A DNA stretch of 56,730 nt from Candidatus Babelota bacterium (GTDB lineage Bacteria; Babelota; Babeliae; Babelales; Babelaceae). Numbering within the stretch: the first letter of the stretch is position 1; each line of letters opens with the position of its first letter. Location: NCBI GenBank assembly GCA_013815795.1, contig JACDFK010000001.1, positions 1 through 56,730 of the forward strand, in the 5' to 3' direction. The notes under the pieces were generated by a model. The model was not told where the DNA came from and ran no database searches. It worked only from the letters and a program-made list of their open reading frames with translations. Below are positions 45,371 through 55,067 of this stretch, in pieces. A program made the translations under genes and the position numbers.

Positions 45371-45946
45371 TTACTTTCCCGTTAATCTCGCAACGATTTC
45401 TTTATTTTCCGTACTTGAAGGCACAAAAATATCTTTAGCAGGAATATTCTTTTTAAGACTTAGACCAGATTCAGTTTTACCAAATCCTCCAAATATTCCA
45501 CCTAAACGACCTTTAGTTGGACGTAAAAGAGCATCACCAGATGGATCCCAGGTAAGATACAGGGTACTACCGGTTGAAAAACTATACACTCTATCAGGTT
45601 TTTGTAATCTATCGCCGGTCGGTTCAGAATACCATACAAAAAGATAGGTGCGCTTACTAATATCGATCGCGAAGTTTTTCTTGTATGACAGTTTTTCTCC
45701 TTTACGCAGCCCTTCTGATTTGCTTACGGGGCTCTTAGCATCTCCATTGAAAACCTGGAACCAAATAAGGTCTTTTCCACGGTTTCCTAATTCAAATCCA
45801 ACATTAAAGCCTTTTTCTCCATAGACTGTTGCATCTGCGGGATCGAACGTTACAGACTTTAAGGTTGTTGCTTCAGCTACAGGTGCAGCGTTTACGCCAA
45901 GACCTACAGATAATAAACTCAGCACGCATGCTACTATTTTCTTCAT
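45371..45946 (-). CDS. Small secreted protein, family member C
   Basis: AAGGAG upstream. Signal peptide MKKIVACVLSLLSVGLGVNAA. Blocks VGFELGNRGKDLIWFQVFNG, YLFVWYSEP, VYSFSTGSTLYLTWD, LRPTKG, SLKKNIPAKDI. Confidence 0.65.
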   Translation of the reverse strand: MKKIVACVLSLLSVGLGVNAAPVAEATTLKSVTFDPADATVYGEKGFNVGFELGNRGKDLIWFQVFNGDAKSPVSKSEGLRKGEKLSYKKNFAIDISKRTYLFVWYSEPTGDRLQKPDRVYSFSTGSTLYLTWDPSGDALLRPTKGRLGGIFGGFGKTESGLSLKKNIPAKDIFVPSSTENKEIVARLTGK

Positions 45947-46592
45947 AAAACTCCTTATATGTTTTTATTAATTTTACCTAAAACGAACATTTTTTTTAGA
46001 AAGTGAACTTTTTCTATACATCCTCCTCCACTATTTTCATCTTTTTTGATACTTTATATACATTAACCGTTTCAATAAAAGTGAGTTTTCTCACTACGCT
46101 TGTCCCCTTTATCTGTATGAAAAAGTTCTCTATGCCTGCTCATAGAGCTTTTCTAGACAAGAAGGAGCCTTTTCCACTTATTCAAGAACCACCACGTAGG
46201 TACTCCACTGATGTATGTAAGATACAGTGACACACCTTTTCTTAAAATTTTTCTTCAATGCCGTTTCTAACTCTTTACCTTTTACGTGGTAGTGAGAACT
46301 TAAAACGGCCCTACCTTATTTTTTTTGCAGAGGTTCATATATTTATTTAATATTATTGCATATTAGAAAATTATAAGTCAACATTAGGCTCTTTTTTGTA
46401 AAAAAATTACTATACGAATCCTACCAAAAGTGCGAAAATAGCTTGTGTCTTCATCCTTAATCACCAAAAAAATCTTTCCGCAGAAAAGATTAACACTTGA
46501 GGAGCGTCAAAACCTTCGTGCTCTATGCATTTAAATTCAGTTGAAAAAAATCGGTGAAAGGATAATACTGGAAGTTCGAAAGGAATACCCCC

Positions 46593-47357
46593 ATGAATAC
46601 GTATAGTTTATATAGTTTATATGGTACTTTATGCACAGAGTTTTTCGATCTTGATAAACCTACCCCGCCCCCACTCGAATATGAGTTTTATAAGAACTAC
46701 GTTGAACAAGCCCCGGGAGAGATCCTTGAACCTATGTGCGGTACAGGTCGTTACTTAATCCCGCTGTGCGAAAGCGGCTTTAATGTTCACGGATTTGATG
46801 CATCTACGCACATGCTCAATGCACTCAGAACGAAATGTGCACAAAAGGGGCTCTCACCTAAGGTATGGCATGATTTTATCGATACGGTAAGAACCAATCT
46901 CCTCTATTCGCTTATTTTTATTCCTGATAGCTCATTTGTTCTCTTTCTTACCAATGAAGAGATTATTCGATCATTGCAAAAACTATATTCCCTCTTGAAG
47001 CCTGGCGGAATATTTGTTTTTGATGTTGAAACAATCTATGCAGCACCTTCTAAAATAGGGCTATGGCAAGGAAAAGCACATACACGTCCCGATGGAAGTT
47101 TTATTCTACTTAACACCCTTCCTCTTGCGCTTGAAGATGATAAAGCAACCGTTATTTGCCGCTATGAGCTGTGTGATAAAGGATCTGTTATTAAAACAGA
47201 AATAGAATATTTCAAAATTAAACTCTATAGGCCGGGTGAGATGATGGCACTACTGGAAAAAATAGGTTTTAGCTCTATAAAAGAGATAAAAGCATTCGAT
47301 CCTCATAAAATTCCCTCTGCTCAAGACTATACTATTGTGTATGAATGCATAAAATAG
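46593..47357 (+). CDS. Class I SAM-dependent methyltransferase
   Basis: Motif I ILEPMCGTGRYLIPL, motif post-I HGFDAS, LLKPGGIFVFD. Confidence 0.8.
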   Translation: MNTYSLYSLYGTLCTEFFDLDKPTPPPLEYEFYKNYVEQAPGEILEPMCGTGRYLIPLCESGFNVHGFDASTHMLNALRTKCAQKGLSPKVWHDFIDTVRTNLLYSLIFIPDSSFVLFLTNEEIIRSLQKLYSLLKPGGIFVFDVETIYAAPSKIGLWQGKAHTRPDGSFILLNTLPLALEDDKATVICRYELCDKGSVIKTEIEYFKIKLYRPGEMMALLEKIGFSSIKEIKAFDPHKIPSAQDYTIVYECIK

Positions 47358-47524
47358 AAAATGAAAAAATGGTCCCCTGCAGCTCCCCTTTTTTACCATA
47401 CACTCTATGTATATAAAAAAGCATCTCCTTAAACAGGCCGATACCATAATTTTTTTCATATTCTTCACACCTTCTTCTAAAAAAAGCTATGATGTCCGGG
47501 ATACTTATAAAGAAAGTGCTCCCT

Positions 47525-48922
47525 ATGAAATGTATTACTCCTAGTATATGTATACTAATGGTATTTTTTTTCTCTTCACTGTACACGACCAGTATTCCCC
47601 TTCAAGAGGACTGGCATCAGACCTTTACGAGCGTTTTTACTACCTTAAAGAAAGAATCCTACCTTCCTACCATAAACAGACCTTCAATGATCAAAGCACT
47701 GAACGCATTTGTACACAGCATAGATGAACATTCGTCCGTTTTAGAGCCTGAAGAATATAAAGAGCTTATTCATACGACCTCAGGCGGTCTTTTCCGCACG
47801 GGAATCACTTTAGGGCCTAAAAAACCTACTGACGATTTCCTTATGATTCTTAAAGTAGAAAAAGGAAGTCCCGCATCACGGGCAGGTATTCAACGATACG
47901 ATAAGATAAAAGCTATCGACTCACTACCGGTTATTTCTTCTTCTTTAGAGGACAACATTGCACGCCTCTCAGGTGCTCACTGCTCCTCAACAGTTACCCT
48001 TTTGATTGCTCGAGAACATCAAGAGAATTTTAGCTGTACGATCAACCGTAGTTTCATCCCAAAGAAAGTCTGCTGTGGTTACTTTCTCCCTCACCATTCG
48101 ATACTCTATTGTGCTCTTACGCTTTTTACACAACAAACATCGATACAGCTAGAAACCCTACTTAGGCACGCGCATGAAAAAAAGGTCAAAGGAATTATCA
48201 TAGATCTACGAAATAATGGTGGGGGACTACTGAAAGCTGCTCTTGAGTGTACTGCACTTTTTGTAGATAAAGGAAGCCTCATCGTTTCTACAAAAAATCT
48301 TCACGGAAGCCCTCTCGTTCAGTATCGAACCGAGCGTGATCCTCTCTCTGTAACAGTTCCTATTATCCTTCTGGTAAATCAACATACCGCCTCTTCAGCA
48401 GAGATTTTCGCTCAATCGTTAAAACTCTCTGCACAGAAAAAGAATCAAAAAACTTTTGTAAGTATTGTCGGGACCCCTACACGAGGAAAAGGATCGATAC
48501 AAGAGATAAAACAGATAAATGAGAACTGTGCTCTCAAAATAACCACTGCACGTTACTATATGGCTGATGGGTCCTCCCTCCATAACAAAGGGATCATACC
48601 CGATTTTATTATAAAGGAATATGAGAAATTAAGCCCCGAAGTTCAACGTATTCAAGAGCTTTTTCAAGAAAAAAAAACCTCGCAACGATCTTTCTCTCTA
48701 CAAAAAAAGAAAACTGCCCCTGAGTTTGAGAAAAAGCCTGCCCACAAGGAGACTTTATTAAAAAATGATCCTCAATGTGCCTGCGCTTGCACTCTTATTA
48801 CATTGTTCTCTCATGCAAAAACACATACCCCTTATCTTGTTGGGTCGTACCGTACTACGCTTTCCTGGCTCCAATCGCATTATGTGGTTCCCACAGATCT
48901 TATCCTTATAAAAACGGGCTAA
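47525..48922 (+). CDS. ctp: C-terminal processing (tail-specific, S41) peptidase with PDZ domain
   Basis: Leader MKCITPSICILMVFFFSSLYT. PDZ region GITLGPKK...VEKGSPASRAGIQRYDKIKAID. S41 core IIDLRNNGGG, NQHTASSAEIFAQSLK (Ser), TRGKGSIQ (Lys). The track start 47489 is possible, but 47525 gives a better leader. Confidence 0.85.
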   Translation: MKCITPSICILMVFFFSSLYTTSIPLQEDWHQTFTSVFTTLKKESYLPTINRPSMIKALNAFVHSIDEHSSVLEPEEYKELIHTTSGGLFRTGITLGPKKPTDDFLMILKVEKGSPASRAGIQRYDKIKAIDSLPVISSSLEDNIARLSGAHCSSTVTLLIAREHQENFSCTINRSFIPKKVCCGYFLPHHSILYCALTLFTQQTSIQLETLLRHAHEKKVKGIIIDLRNNGGGLLKAALECTALFVDKGSLIVSTKNLHGSPLVQYRTERDPLSVTVPIILLVNQHTASSAEIFAQSLKLSAQKKNQKTFVSIVGTPTRGKGSIQEIKQINENCALKITTARYYMADGSSLHNKGIIPDFIIKEYEKLSPEVQRIQELFQEKKTSQRSFSLQKKKTAPEFEKKPAHKETLLKNDPQCACACTLITLFSHAKTHTPYLVGSYRTTLSWLQSHYVVPTDLILIKTG

Positions 48923-49100
48923 TAGAATATATGTCACAAAAGCTTATACTGAAACTACTTTTTTCAATAAGACCCACCCTAAAACAGGTTATTCAGGCTT
49001 TACAAGGTAAGTTCATATGAAGCCGCCTAGAAATCAAAGCATCTCACTCTTTCACTACCATACACCTTTACACACGAGAAAGCGTTATCGTCTTTTCAAT

Positions 49101-49174
49101 AATGTAACTATATGTAAAGTATACATTGCATATAGTTACATTATTTGATAAACTGACTTTACATATAGTTACAT
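49101..49174. promoter_or_regulatory. Three copies of ATGTAACTATATG / CATATAGTTACAT (an inverted pair plus a third copy) just upstream of the ATPase gene
   Basis: aatgtaactatatg (49101-49114), catatagttacatt (49129-49142), acatatagttacat (49161-49174). The last copy ends 18 nt before the ATG. Confidence 0.45.
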
Positions 49175-49192
49175 ATCTTTAAAGGGGCCTGA

Positions 49193-50359
49193 ATGCTTAT
49201 ACAGCGTATTTTTTGGAAAAAACTCATTGAAGAGGCGTGGCAAGAAAAAAACATTCTATGGCTTATGGGGGTACGACGCATTGGTAAAACAAGCCTTTGT
49301 CAGAGCTTAGAAAATATTCATTACTTTGACTGTGAAAGGCCCCGAGTACGTCAGCTTTTTACAGATCCAGAAGAATTTTTAGAAAGTCAAAAAGGAAATC
49401 GCATTGCCCTTGATGAAATTCATAGACTTGATAATCCTTCTGAAGTTCTTAAATTAGCAGCAGATCACTATCCTACTATAAAAATTGTGGCTACAGGTTC
49501 TTCCACATTAGGCGCCAGTGCTAAATTCAAAGATACTTTAACAGGGAGAAAACGAGAAATCTGGTTGACCCCTTTATTGCTAGAAGAAATGGACTATTTT
49601 GGGAGCTCCAATATTAGGCATAGATTTTTATATGGGGGATTTCCATCTTTTTTTGAAAAAAAACAGTTACCGGAACCCGATTTTCAAGAATGGATCGATG
49701 CATACTGGGCAAAAGATATTCAAGAACTTTTCAATGTAGCAAAAAGAGCTGCTTTTCAGAAGTTTACCGAACTGCTTCTTAGTAATAGCGGAGGCATGTT
49801 TGAAGCAAGCAAATTTACCGCTCCTTGTGAAGTGAGCAGACAAACTATCCTCAATTATCTTCATGTATTAGAAGAAACCTTTGTGGTACATATAGTAAAA
49901 CCCTATTCAATGCATAGGCCTACTGAAATTGTTAAAGCGCCCAAAGTTTACGGATTTGATACAGGATTTGTCAATTATGCTAAGGGACGAAGTGAACTAC
50001 GCACAGAAGATACCGGTTTTATGTGGGAGCACTGTATTCTCAATGAACTTCAGGGCCATTTGCAAACCCGTTCAATTAATTATTGGCGGAATAAACGTGA
50101 TAATGAAATCGATTTTGTTATTAATAACAGAGTTAAAAACGCTCTTACCGCTATCGAATGCAAATTTAATAGCTCTCCCGATGACGCCCGGTTCACCGAT
50201 ACTGGAAAAAATTTTGAAGCTTTTCGCACCCATTATCCTACGGGCGATAATATAGTGGTTTCCCACAATATAGATACACCCTTTACACGACGCTACAAAA
50301 ATATAACTATTGTTTTTGTAAACAGTAAAGACCTTATTAAAAAATTACGTTCTTTGTAA
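49193..50359 (+). CDS. AAA-type ATPase with DUF4143-like C-terminal domain
   Basis: Walker A GVRRIGKTSL, Walker B IALDEIHRL, and the common AAA_14 + DUF4143 layout (GGFP, WIDAYWAKDI, KVYGFDTGF, EIDFVI). Confidence 0.85.
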   Translation: MLIQRIFWKKLIEEAWQEKNILWLMGVRRIGKTSLCQSLENIHYFDCERPRVRQLFTDPEEFLESQKGNRIALDEIHRLDNPSEVLKLAADHYPTIKIVATGSSTLGASAKFKDTLTGRKREIWLTPLLLEEMDYFGSSNIRHRFLYGGFPSFFEKKQLPEPDFQEWIDAYWAKDIQELFNVAKRAAFQKFTELLLSNSGGMFEASKFTAPCEVSRQTILNYLHVLEETFVVHIVKPYSMHRPTEIVKAPKVYGFDTGFVNYAKGRSELRTEDTGFMWEHCILNELQGHLQTRSINYWRNKRDNEIDFVINNRVKNALTAIECKFNSSPDDARFTDTGKNFEAFRTHYPTGDNIVVSHNIDTPFTRRYKNITIVFVNSKDLIKKLRSL

Positions 50360-50576
50360 TACTCAAGGTATTTCTCGTACATGCACACTTAGAAAAGGCA
50401 CTAGGTACTCTCAAACTATTTTTCCACCAAAAATAACACTTTTATTTAATGGAATAAACGACATTCTACTTACTTAAAAACGTAATGCCATTGAAAAAAT
50501 AGTTGATAATTCTTTATTATTATAAACAATGACACCACAAAAAGGTGTGAGTTTAAAATTATCTAGGAACAATTGT

Positions 50577-52151
50577 ATGAATTACTTTAAAAAAATAAGG
50601 ACGGGTATCATACCCCTCTTATTCTTGAGCTTTTCAGTTCACTGCATGCACATTTGCCATCACTCTAGTAAAGAGGTCTTACACAATACATGTACCAGGC
50701 TCTATCCCCAACAGGAATTACTCTTTGAAAAAACCATGATAGATACACTTTCAAAAGAAAAAGTAACCAGAAGATTAGGCACCCTTTCAAGTCCACCTAC
50801 TTACATGTTCAATTTACTACAATTTATCCGCCACAGCAGAAAAATTCTTCCTTTAGACATACACGTGGTAATCGCCCACCTCCTTACTCGTTTAGTTTTA
50901 GGAAATGCATTAGACTACAATTTCGAACTTTCAGAAGAGCTAATCAAGTTTAAGACCCCTATTGAAACCATAACCTTTAGCCCTGATACAAAAACTGTCC
51001 TTATTACCTCAGATAATTTCACCACGTTTCTATGGGATATTGAAAAAAAAACAGAACTGTTATACCTAAATCCTAAAAAATTCGCTTATCAGATAGATTC
51101 GCCTCGCTTTAATCAAAACGGGAAAACAGTCTATATATCGACCCTGAATAGCATTTCTATACTAGATATAGCGACCGGACATCTTGTGAAAAAAGTAGAT
51201 CTTCTTCCCGGCCTTTCTAGCGTTACAGCTCTCAGCCCCGATGGTCGAACTCTCCTGTCCTTATTACATAACAGAAACCCCCAATCGTTGCTCCTAGGAT
51301 CACTCAAAGACCCTCGAATTATCGATATAATAACTAACGAACGGTTTTTTCTCCAAGGACATAAAAAGATTGTGTTATCAGCAGTATTTAGCCCCTGCGG
51401 GAAAATGATTCTTACGGGATCCTTTGATGGAATAGCACGATTATGGGACAGTTTAACGGGAAATTTTATTAAAGAGTTCACAGGAGAACGATCTGGCATC
51501 GATTCTGGTATTTCGCTCGTAGCATTTAGTCCATGTGGGGAAAAAATTTTTACGGGTCCACACTTCAAAAAAGATTTAACACGTACTATTTGTATGTGGA
51601 GCGTTCTTGCAGGGGACTATTTATTAGAACTAAATCTACACCATGAAGAGCCACTCTCAGCCGCTGTTGGCCCCAATGGAAAAACGATTCTTACGGTATC
51701 TTATCAGTCACTACGATTATGGGACATCACAAATGGAAATCAACTCGCTGCTTTAAAAATAGATCCTCTGAACTGTTATTCTTTTCCCTATAGCTTTGTC
51801 TATAGCTCTGATAGAGATGCTTTTCTTGTGGGAGTGCCTAAAGATTCTTCTATTTATACATGGAGTATGATTCCTTGCGATGCAAGTAACTGGATCTTAC
51901 ATAAAACCAATCTTTCACAGGCATGGCTTATTACACAAGCAGCAGATGCAAAAAGAAAAACAGGATCCTTTATCATGAATGAACAAAGTCTTGAACATGA
52001 ACTATTTCAACAACTACCACAGTATGTACAAGAATATGTAATACACTGGTATTCACTGTCTATCATTCCACAAGGCATCGAATTACTTGAAAATAGAGAT
52101 ACATCTTGGAATAAAGGGAACCATGAGCTGTGCTGTTACCTTGTACCATAA
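50577..52151 (+). CDS. Three-module WD40 protein, tandem copy 1
   Basis: Leader MNYFKKIRTGIIPLLFLSFSVHC. N-module NLLQFIRHSRKILPLDIHVVIAHLLTRLVLGNALDYNF. Degenerate and canonical WD40 units (AVFSPCGKMILTGSFDGIARLWD). C-module CDASNWILHKTNLSQAWLITQAA...EHELFQQLPQYVQEYVIHWYSLSIIP. Confidence 0.8.
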   Translation: MNYFKKIRTGIIPLLFLSFSVHCMHICHHSSKEVLHNTCTRLYPQQELLFEKTMIDTLSKEKVTRRLGTLSSPPTYMFNLLQFIRHSRKILPLDIHVVIAHLLTRLVLGNALDYNFELSEELIKFKTPIETITFSPDTKTVLITSDNFTTFLWDIEKKTELLYLNPKKFAYQIDSPRFNQNGKTVYISTLNSISILDIATGHLVKKVDLLPGLSSVTALSPDGRTLLSLLHNRNPQSLLLGSLKDPRIIDIITNERFFLQGHKKIVLSAVFSPCGKMILTGSFDGIARLWDSLTGNFIKEFTGERSGIDSGISLVAFSPCGEKIFTGPHFKKDLTRTICMWSVLAGDYLLELNLHHEEPLSAAVGPNGKTILTVSYQSLRLWDITNGNQLAALKIDPLNCYSFPYSFVYSSDRDAFLVGVPKDSSIYTWSMIPCDASNWILHKTNLSQAWLITQAADAKRKTGSFIMNEQSLEHELFQQLPQYVQEYVIHWYSLSIIPQGIELLENRDTSWNKGNHELCCYLVP

Positions 52152-52309
52152 TTAAAAAATAGTATGGTCAAGCAGCTATAATGCTTCGCCTAGACTACTA
52201 ATTTCTAAAGAGTATCCTTTGTAAAATCATTGGAAATACACTACCATAAGTAATGACACATAGACAAAAACTTTAATTTTAAAACTAGACAAAACCAAAG
52301 AGTAATAGT

Positions 52310-53917
52310 ATGAATTTTCATAAAAAAAGCAGATTTTTTATACTATTTTCAATCCTGCAGATCTCAGTGCTTCAGGGCATGGATAACCCGCTTGAAAAAA
52401 TAGAAAAAACTCAAGACGAAAATATCACAGTGTATTGCCAAGGACAAGATTTACTATTTCGTAAAACGATACTAGATGAACTTTCACAAGAAACAGCTAC
52501 GATCAAAATAGGCAAAATTTCAGAGAGCTATCTGCTAAATTTATTACAGTTTAACACCTGCACTAGAGAAATTCTCCCTTTGGAAATCAGATATACTATT
52601 GCCATTATACTTACTCGTGTAGTGCTTGGAAATGCTGTGGACTATAACTGCCAGATCGCTGAAAATTTAATCACGTTTGATGACCCTATCCTTTCGATAG
52701 CCTTAAGCTCTGATGCAAAAACTGCTCTTATTCAATCTGATGAGTTCACGCTGACTCTCTGGGATATAGCATTAAAAGTACCAGTTTTATATCTAGAGAA
52801 AACGGATCAACCTTTTTCTTCACCGAAATTTAATTCTGAGGGCACAATAATTTCGGCCTCTTCTAGAGGGGAGTTCTTCTTATGGGACAGCGAGACAGGG
52901 AAACAACTCTCTTCTCCCGACAGCTGTGAAAAAATAGTAAGCCCTGGTGGCAAAATTTTACTAAAAATTCCCCGTGAATGTAAAAACTTTGAAAAAAAAT
53001 TCCCCAAGAAAGGTGCTACGCTCGTTGATCTTACCACACAAGAACTTTTATTTGTTCTTGAAGAAGATAAACCTTTAGTAGAAGCCTGGTTATTTCCCTC
53101 ACTCAAAAATACCATCAACGTAGATTCAGCAGCTTTTAGCCCCAACGGAGAAATCCTTGTTACAGTATCTTATTGGAGACGTTACGGAAGCACTTTTCGA
53201 GTGTGGGATGTTCATACAGGAACTCTTCTAAAAAAGTTTACGCAAACTAAGAGGATAGTATCGATAACATTTGGAGCCGACAGTGAAACTATTCTTACAG
53301 GGGGTGGTGATGGCATAGCGCGCGTATGGAATATTTTGTCCGGCCAACAATTAGTAGTATTGCCACATTGTAATGAAAGTGACATTAAGTCGGCATTGTG
53401 GAGCCCTGATGGAGGAACTATCCTTACGGTATCTTATAAAGACGAAGATTTTCAAACGTATCAAAATTACCATACTGAGGCTCAACAGATGATACATCTC
53501 TGGGATTCAACAACAGGGCATCAACTGTCTTTATTAGAAGTAGATCCTCGCTATTCCTATTGCGTGGCTTATAATCTCGAAACTGAGAACATACTTATTG
53601 GATCTACTAAAGATTCTAGCATCTTCATGTGGAAGATGATTCCTTGTAAAGCGAGCGACTGGATTTTGAACAAGATATCACTGATTCAAGCGTGGCTTAT
53701 TACAAAAGCAGCATATTCAAAAAGAACCACCGGATCTTTCGCCATAGCGGAAAATAGTATTGAACATGAACTGTTTATGCAGCTACCCGATTACGTTCAA
53801 GAATATGTAATACGGTGGTATTCACTCTCTATTATTCCCAAAAGCATACAGTTACCTGAAATTGAAAATATGTATTTGGATAAAGAGACGCATGAGCTTT
53901 CTTGTTGCTTACAATAG
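52310..53917 (+). CDS. Three-module WD40 protein, tandem copy 2
   Basis: Leader MNFHKKSRFFILFSILQISVLQG. N-module NLLQFNTCTREILPLEIRYTIAIILTRVVLGNAVDYNC. WD40 units (TILTGGGDGIARVWN). C-module CKASDWILNKISLIQAWLITKAA...EHELFMQLPDYVQEYVIRWYSLSIIP. Confidence 0.85.
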   Translation: MNFHKKSRFFILFSILQISVLQGMDNPLEKIEKTQDENITVYCQGQDLLFRKTILDELSQETATIKIGKISESYLLNLLQFNTCTREILPLEIRYTIAIILTRVVLGNAVDYNCQIAENLITFDDPILSIALSSDAKTALIQSDEFTLTLWDIALKVPVLYLEKTDQPFSSPKFNSEGTIISASSRGEFFLWDSETGKQLSSPDSCEKIVSPGGKILLKIPRECKNFEKKFPKKGATLVDLTTQELLFVLEEDKPLVEAWLFPSLKNTINVDSAAFSPNGEILVTVSYWRRYGSTFRVWDVHTGTLLKKFTQTKRIVSITFGADSETILTGGGDGIARVWNILSGQQLVVLPHCNESDIKSALWSPDGGTILTVSYKDEDFQTYQNYHTEAQQMIHLWDSTTGHQLSLLEVDPRYSYCVAYNLETENILIGSTKDSSIFMWKMIPCKASDWILNKISLIQAWLITKAAYSKRTTGSFAIAENSIEHELFMQLPDYVQEYVIRWYSLSIIPKSIQLPEIENMYLDKETHELSCCLQ

Positions 53918-54398
53918 AAGTAACCGCTCATAAGAAAAATTATCGATAAGTCGGCTGCTTAAATCTATTACTCAAAAAACTTCCAAGGGAAAATTCTAGA
54001 AAAATAAATGGAAATGTGTCTTATAAACACTCCCCGCCCACTGGCCTTAGAATAAGAAATCCGCTGAAGAAAAAAAATAAGCCTCTACAAGGGACATAGC
54101 ATACCTATTTAATACTACTACCACTAGCGAGCAAAGACTAATGAGAGAATCCTATAACAGGAGCACTACAGTCTTGCGTAGAAAACTTACTAGTTTTTCG
54201 GTAATATTTTTACCTTGTATAGCTTATTCGACCAGTTCTTACAATAGCTAATCAACTAACATTATCATGCTTTTGTATACGTGAAACTCCTTAAGAGGTA
54301 TCATCAATACTACCTCTTTATTCTAAAAGCTTGCTTTACTTCACCTGTTTTTGTAGTCTGTATTTTATATAAATCACCCTTTACTTAATGGAGCCACT

Positions 54399-54581
54399 AT
54401 GATTCAATTTGTAGTCTTATTTTTAGCGGTAGCAGTGATCGCTGGATTATTGGGATTTTCAGGCGTAGCGTTCGTATCTGTAGAGATGGCACGTATGGTA
54501 TTCTTTATCTTTCTGGCCTTATTCGCACTGTCCTTTATAGCATATCTAGTTAGAGGTAAAGGTAAACCTCCATTAAGATAA
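54399..54581 (+). CDS. UPF0391/DUF1328-family small membrane protein
   Basis: 60 aa with two hydrophobic helices and the family pattern LF..(V/I)A.IAGLLGF.G.A......A...FF.FL.LF..S. Confidence 0.8.
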   Translation: MIQFVVLFLAVAVIAGLLGFSGVAFVSVEMARMVFFIFLALFALSFIAYLVRGKGKPPLR

Positions 54582-55024
54582 GATCCACCTAAGAGATCTA
54601 ATGATTAAAAAGTCAGTCATCTCCGAGTAAAGACAGAAACATCTAACTATTAAATGTTTTAATTTTTTCTCTCAGATGACTACTTTACTAAAAATAGTTC
54701 CCTTTCAACTTCCTATTAGCACTTATCTAGCCGATTAGACAAAATGCTCTATACGCCTTATTACTTATGCCCTTTACCTCAGCTTTTTCGTGACTCAAGC
54801 TATTTTTTTAACTCATTAACCAATAATAGCAGAACCGAAAATAAAATAAAAAGAACTGAAATTTCATTGTCATATATAAAACTCTATACTATCTCCTTAA
54901 TAACCAATATAATGTACCTGTGAAAAATAGTACTCGCCTAAAAAACTATAAAAAAATATTTAATCATATCTAAAATCGCATGAGTATATACTTTAATAAT
55001 CGTTGAGATAATGATGTAATAGTG

Positions 55025-55059
55025 TTACACTTTTTTATTATTATACTATATAGTGGAGG
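55025..55059 (+). promoter_or_regulatory. Candidate sigma70-type promoter, palindromic operator and RBS of the RHH/RelE operon
   Basis: TTACAC (55025-55030), a 16-nt spacer, TATATA (55047-55052). A perfect 10-bp palindrome ACTATATAGT (55045-55054) overlaps the -10. GGAGG (55055-55059) lies 8 nt before the ATG. Confidence 0.35.
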
Positions 55060-55067
55060 TATAGCTC

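Noticed and set aside
46003-46230. ORFs 46003..46230 (+), 34328..34516 (+), 47250..47586 (-, two ORFs), 48775..49020 (+), 7999..8259 (+), 38135..38329 (-), 41828..42022 (-), 33801..33992 (-) and 55867..56100 (+).
   Set aside because: No RBS or motifs. Most overlap better-supported genes, promoters or pseudogene fragments: 33801..33992 is the antisense of the recJ fragment, and 55867..56100 is the antisense of the IS982 transposase.
52540-52650. F-box assignment for the N-module of the WD40 family. The ILPLEIRYTIAIIL / ILPLDIHVVIAHLL / ILPPDIKRYITLLML segments resemble the LPxEI helix-1 of F-boxes. F-box plus WD40 would mimic eukaryotic FBXW ubiquitin-ligase adaptors.
   Set aside because: Only the short LPxEIxxxI segment matches. 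The rest of the ~45-aa F-box consensus, including the conserved downstream Leu/Val/Trp positions, is not recognisable by eye, and the motif lies behind a secretion-type leader. It is worth a profile search, but the sequence alone does not support it.
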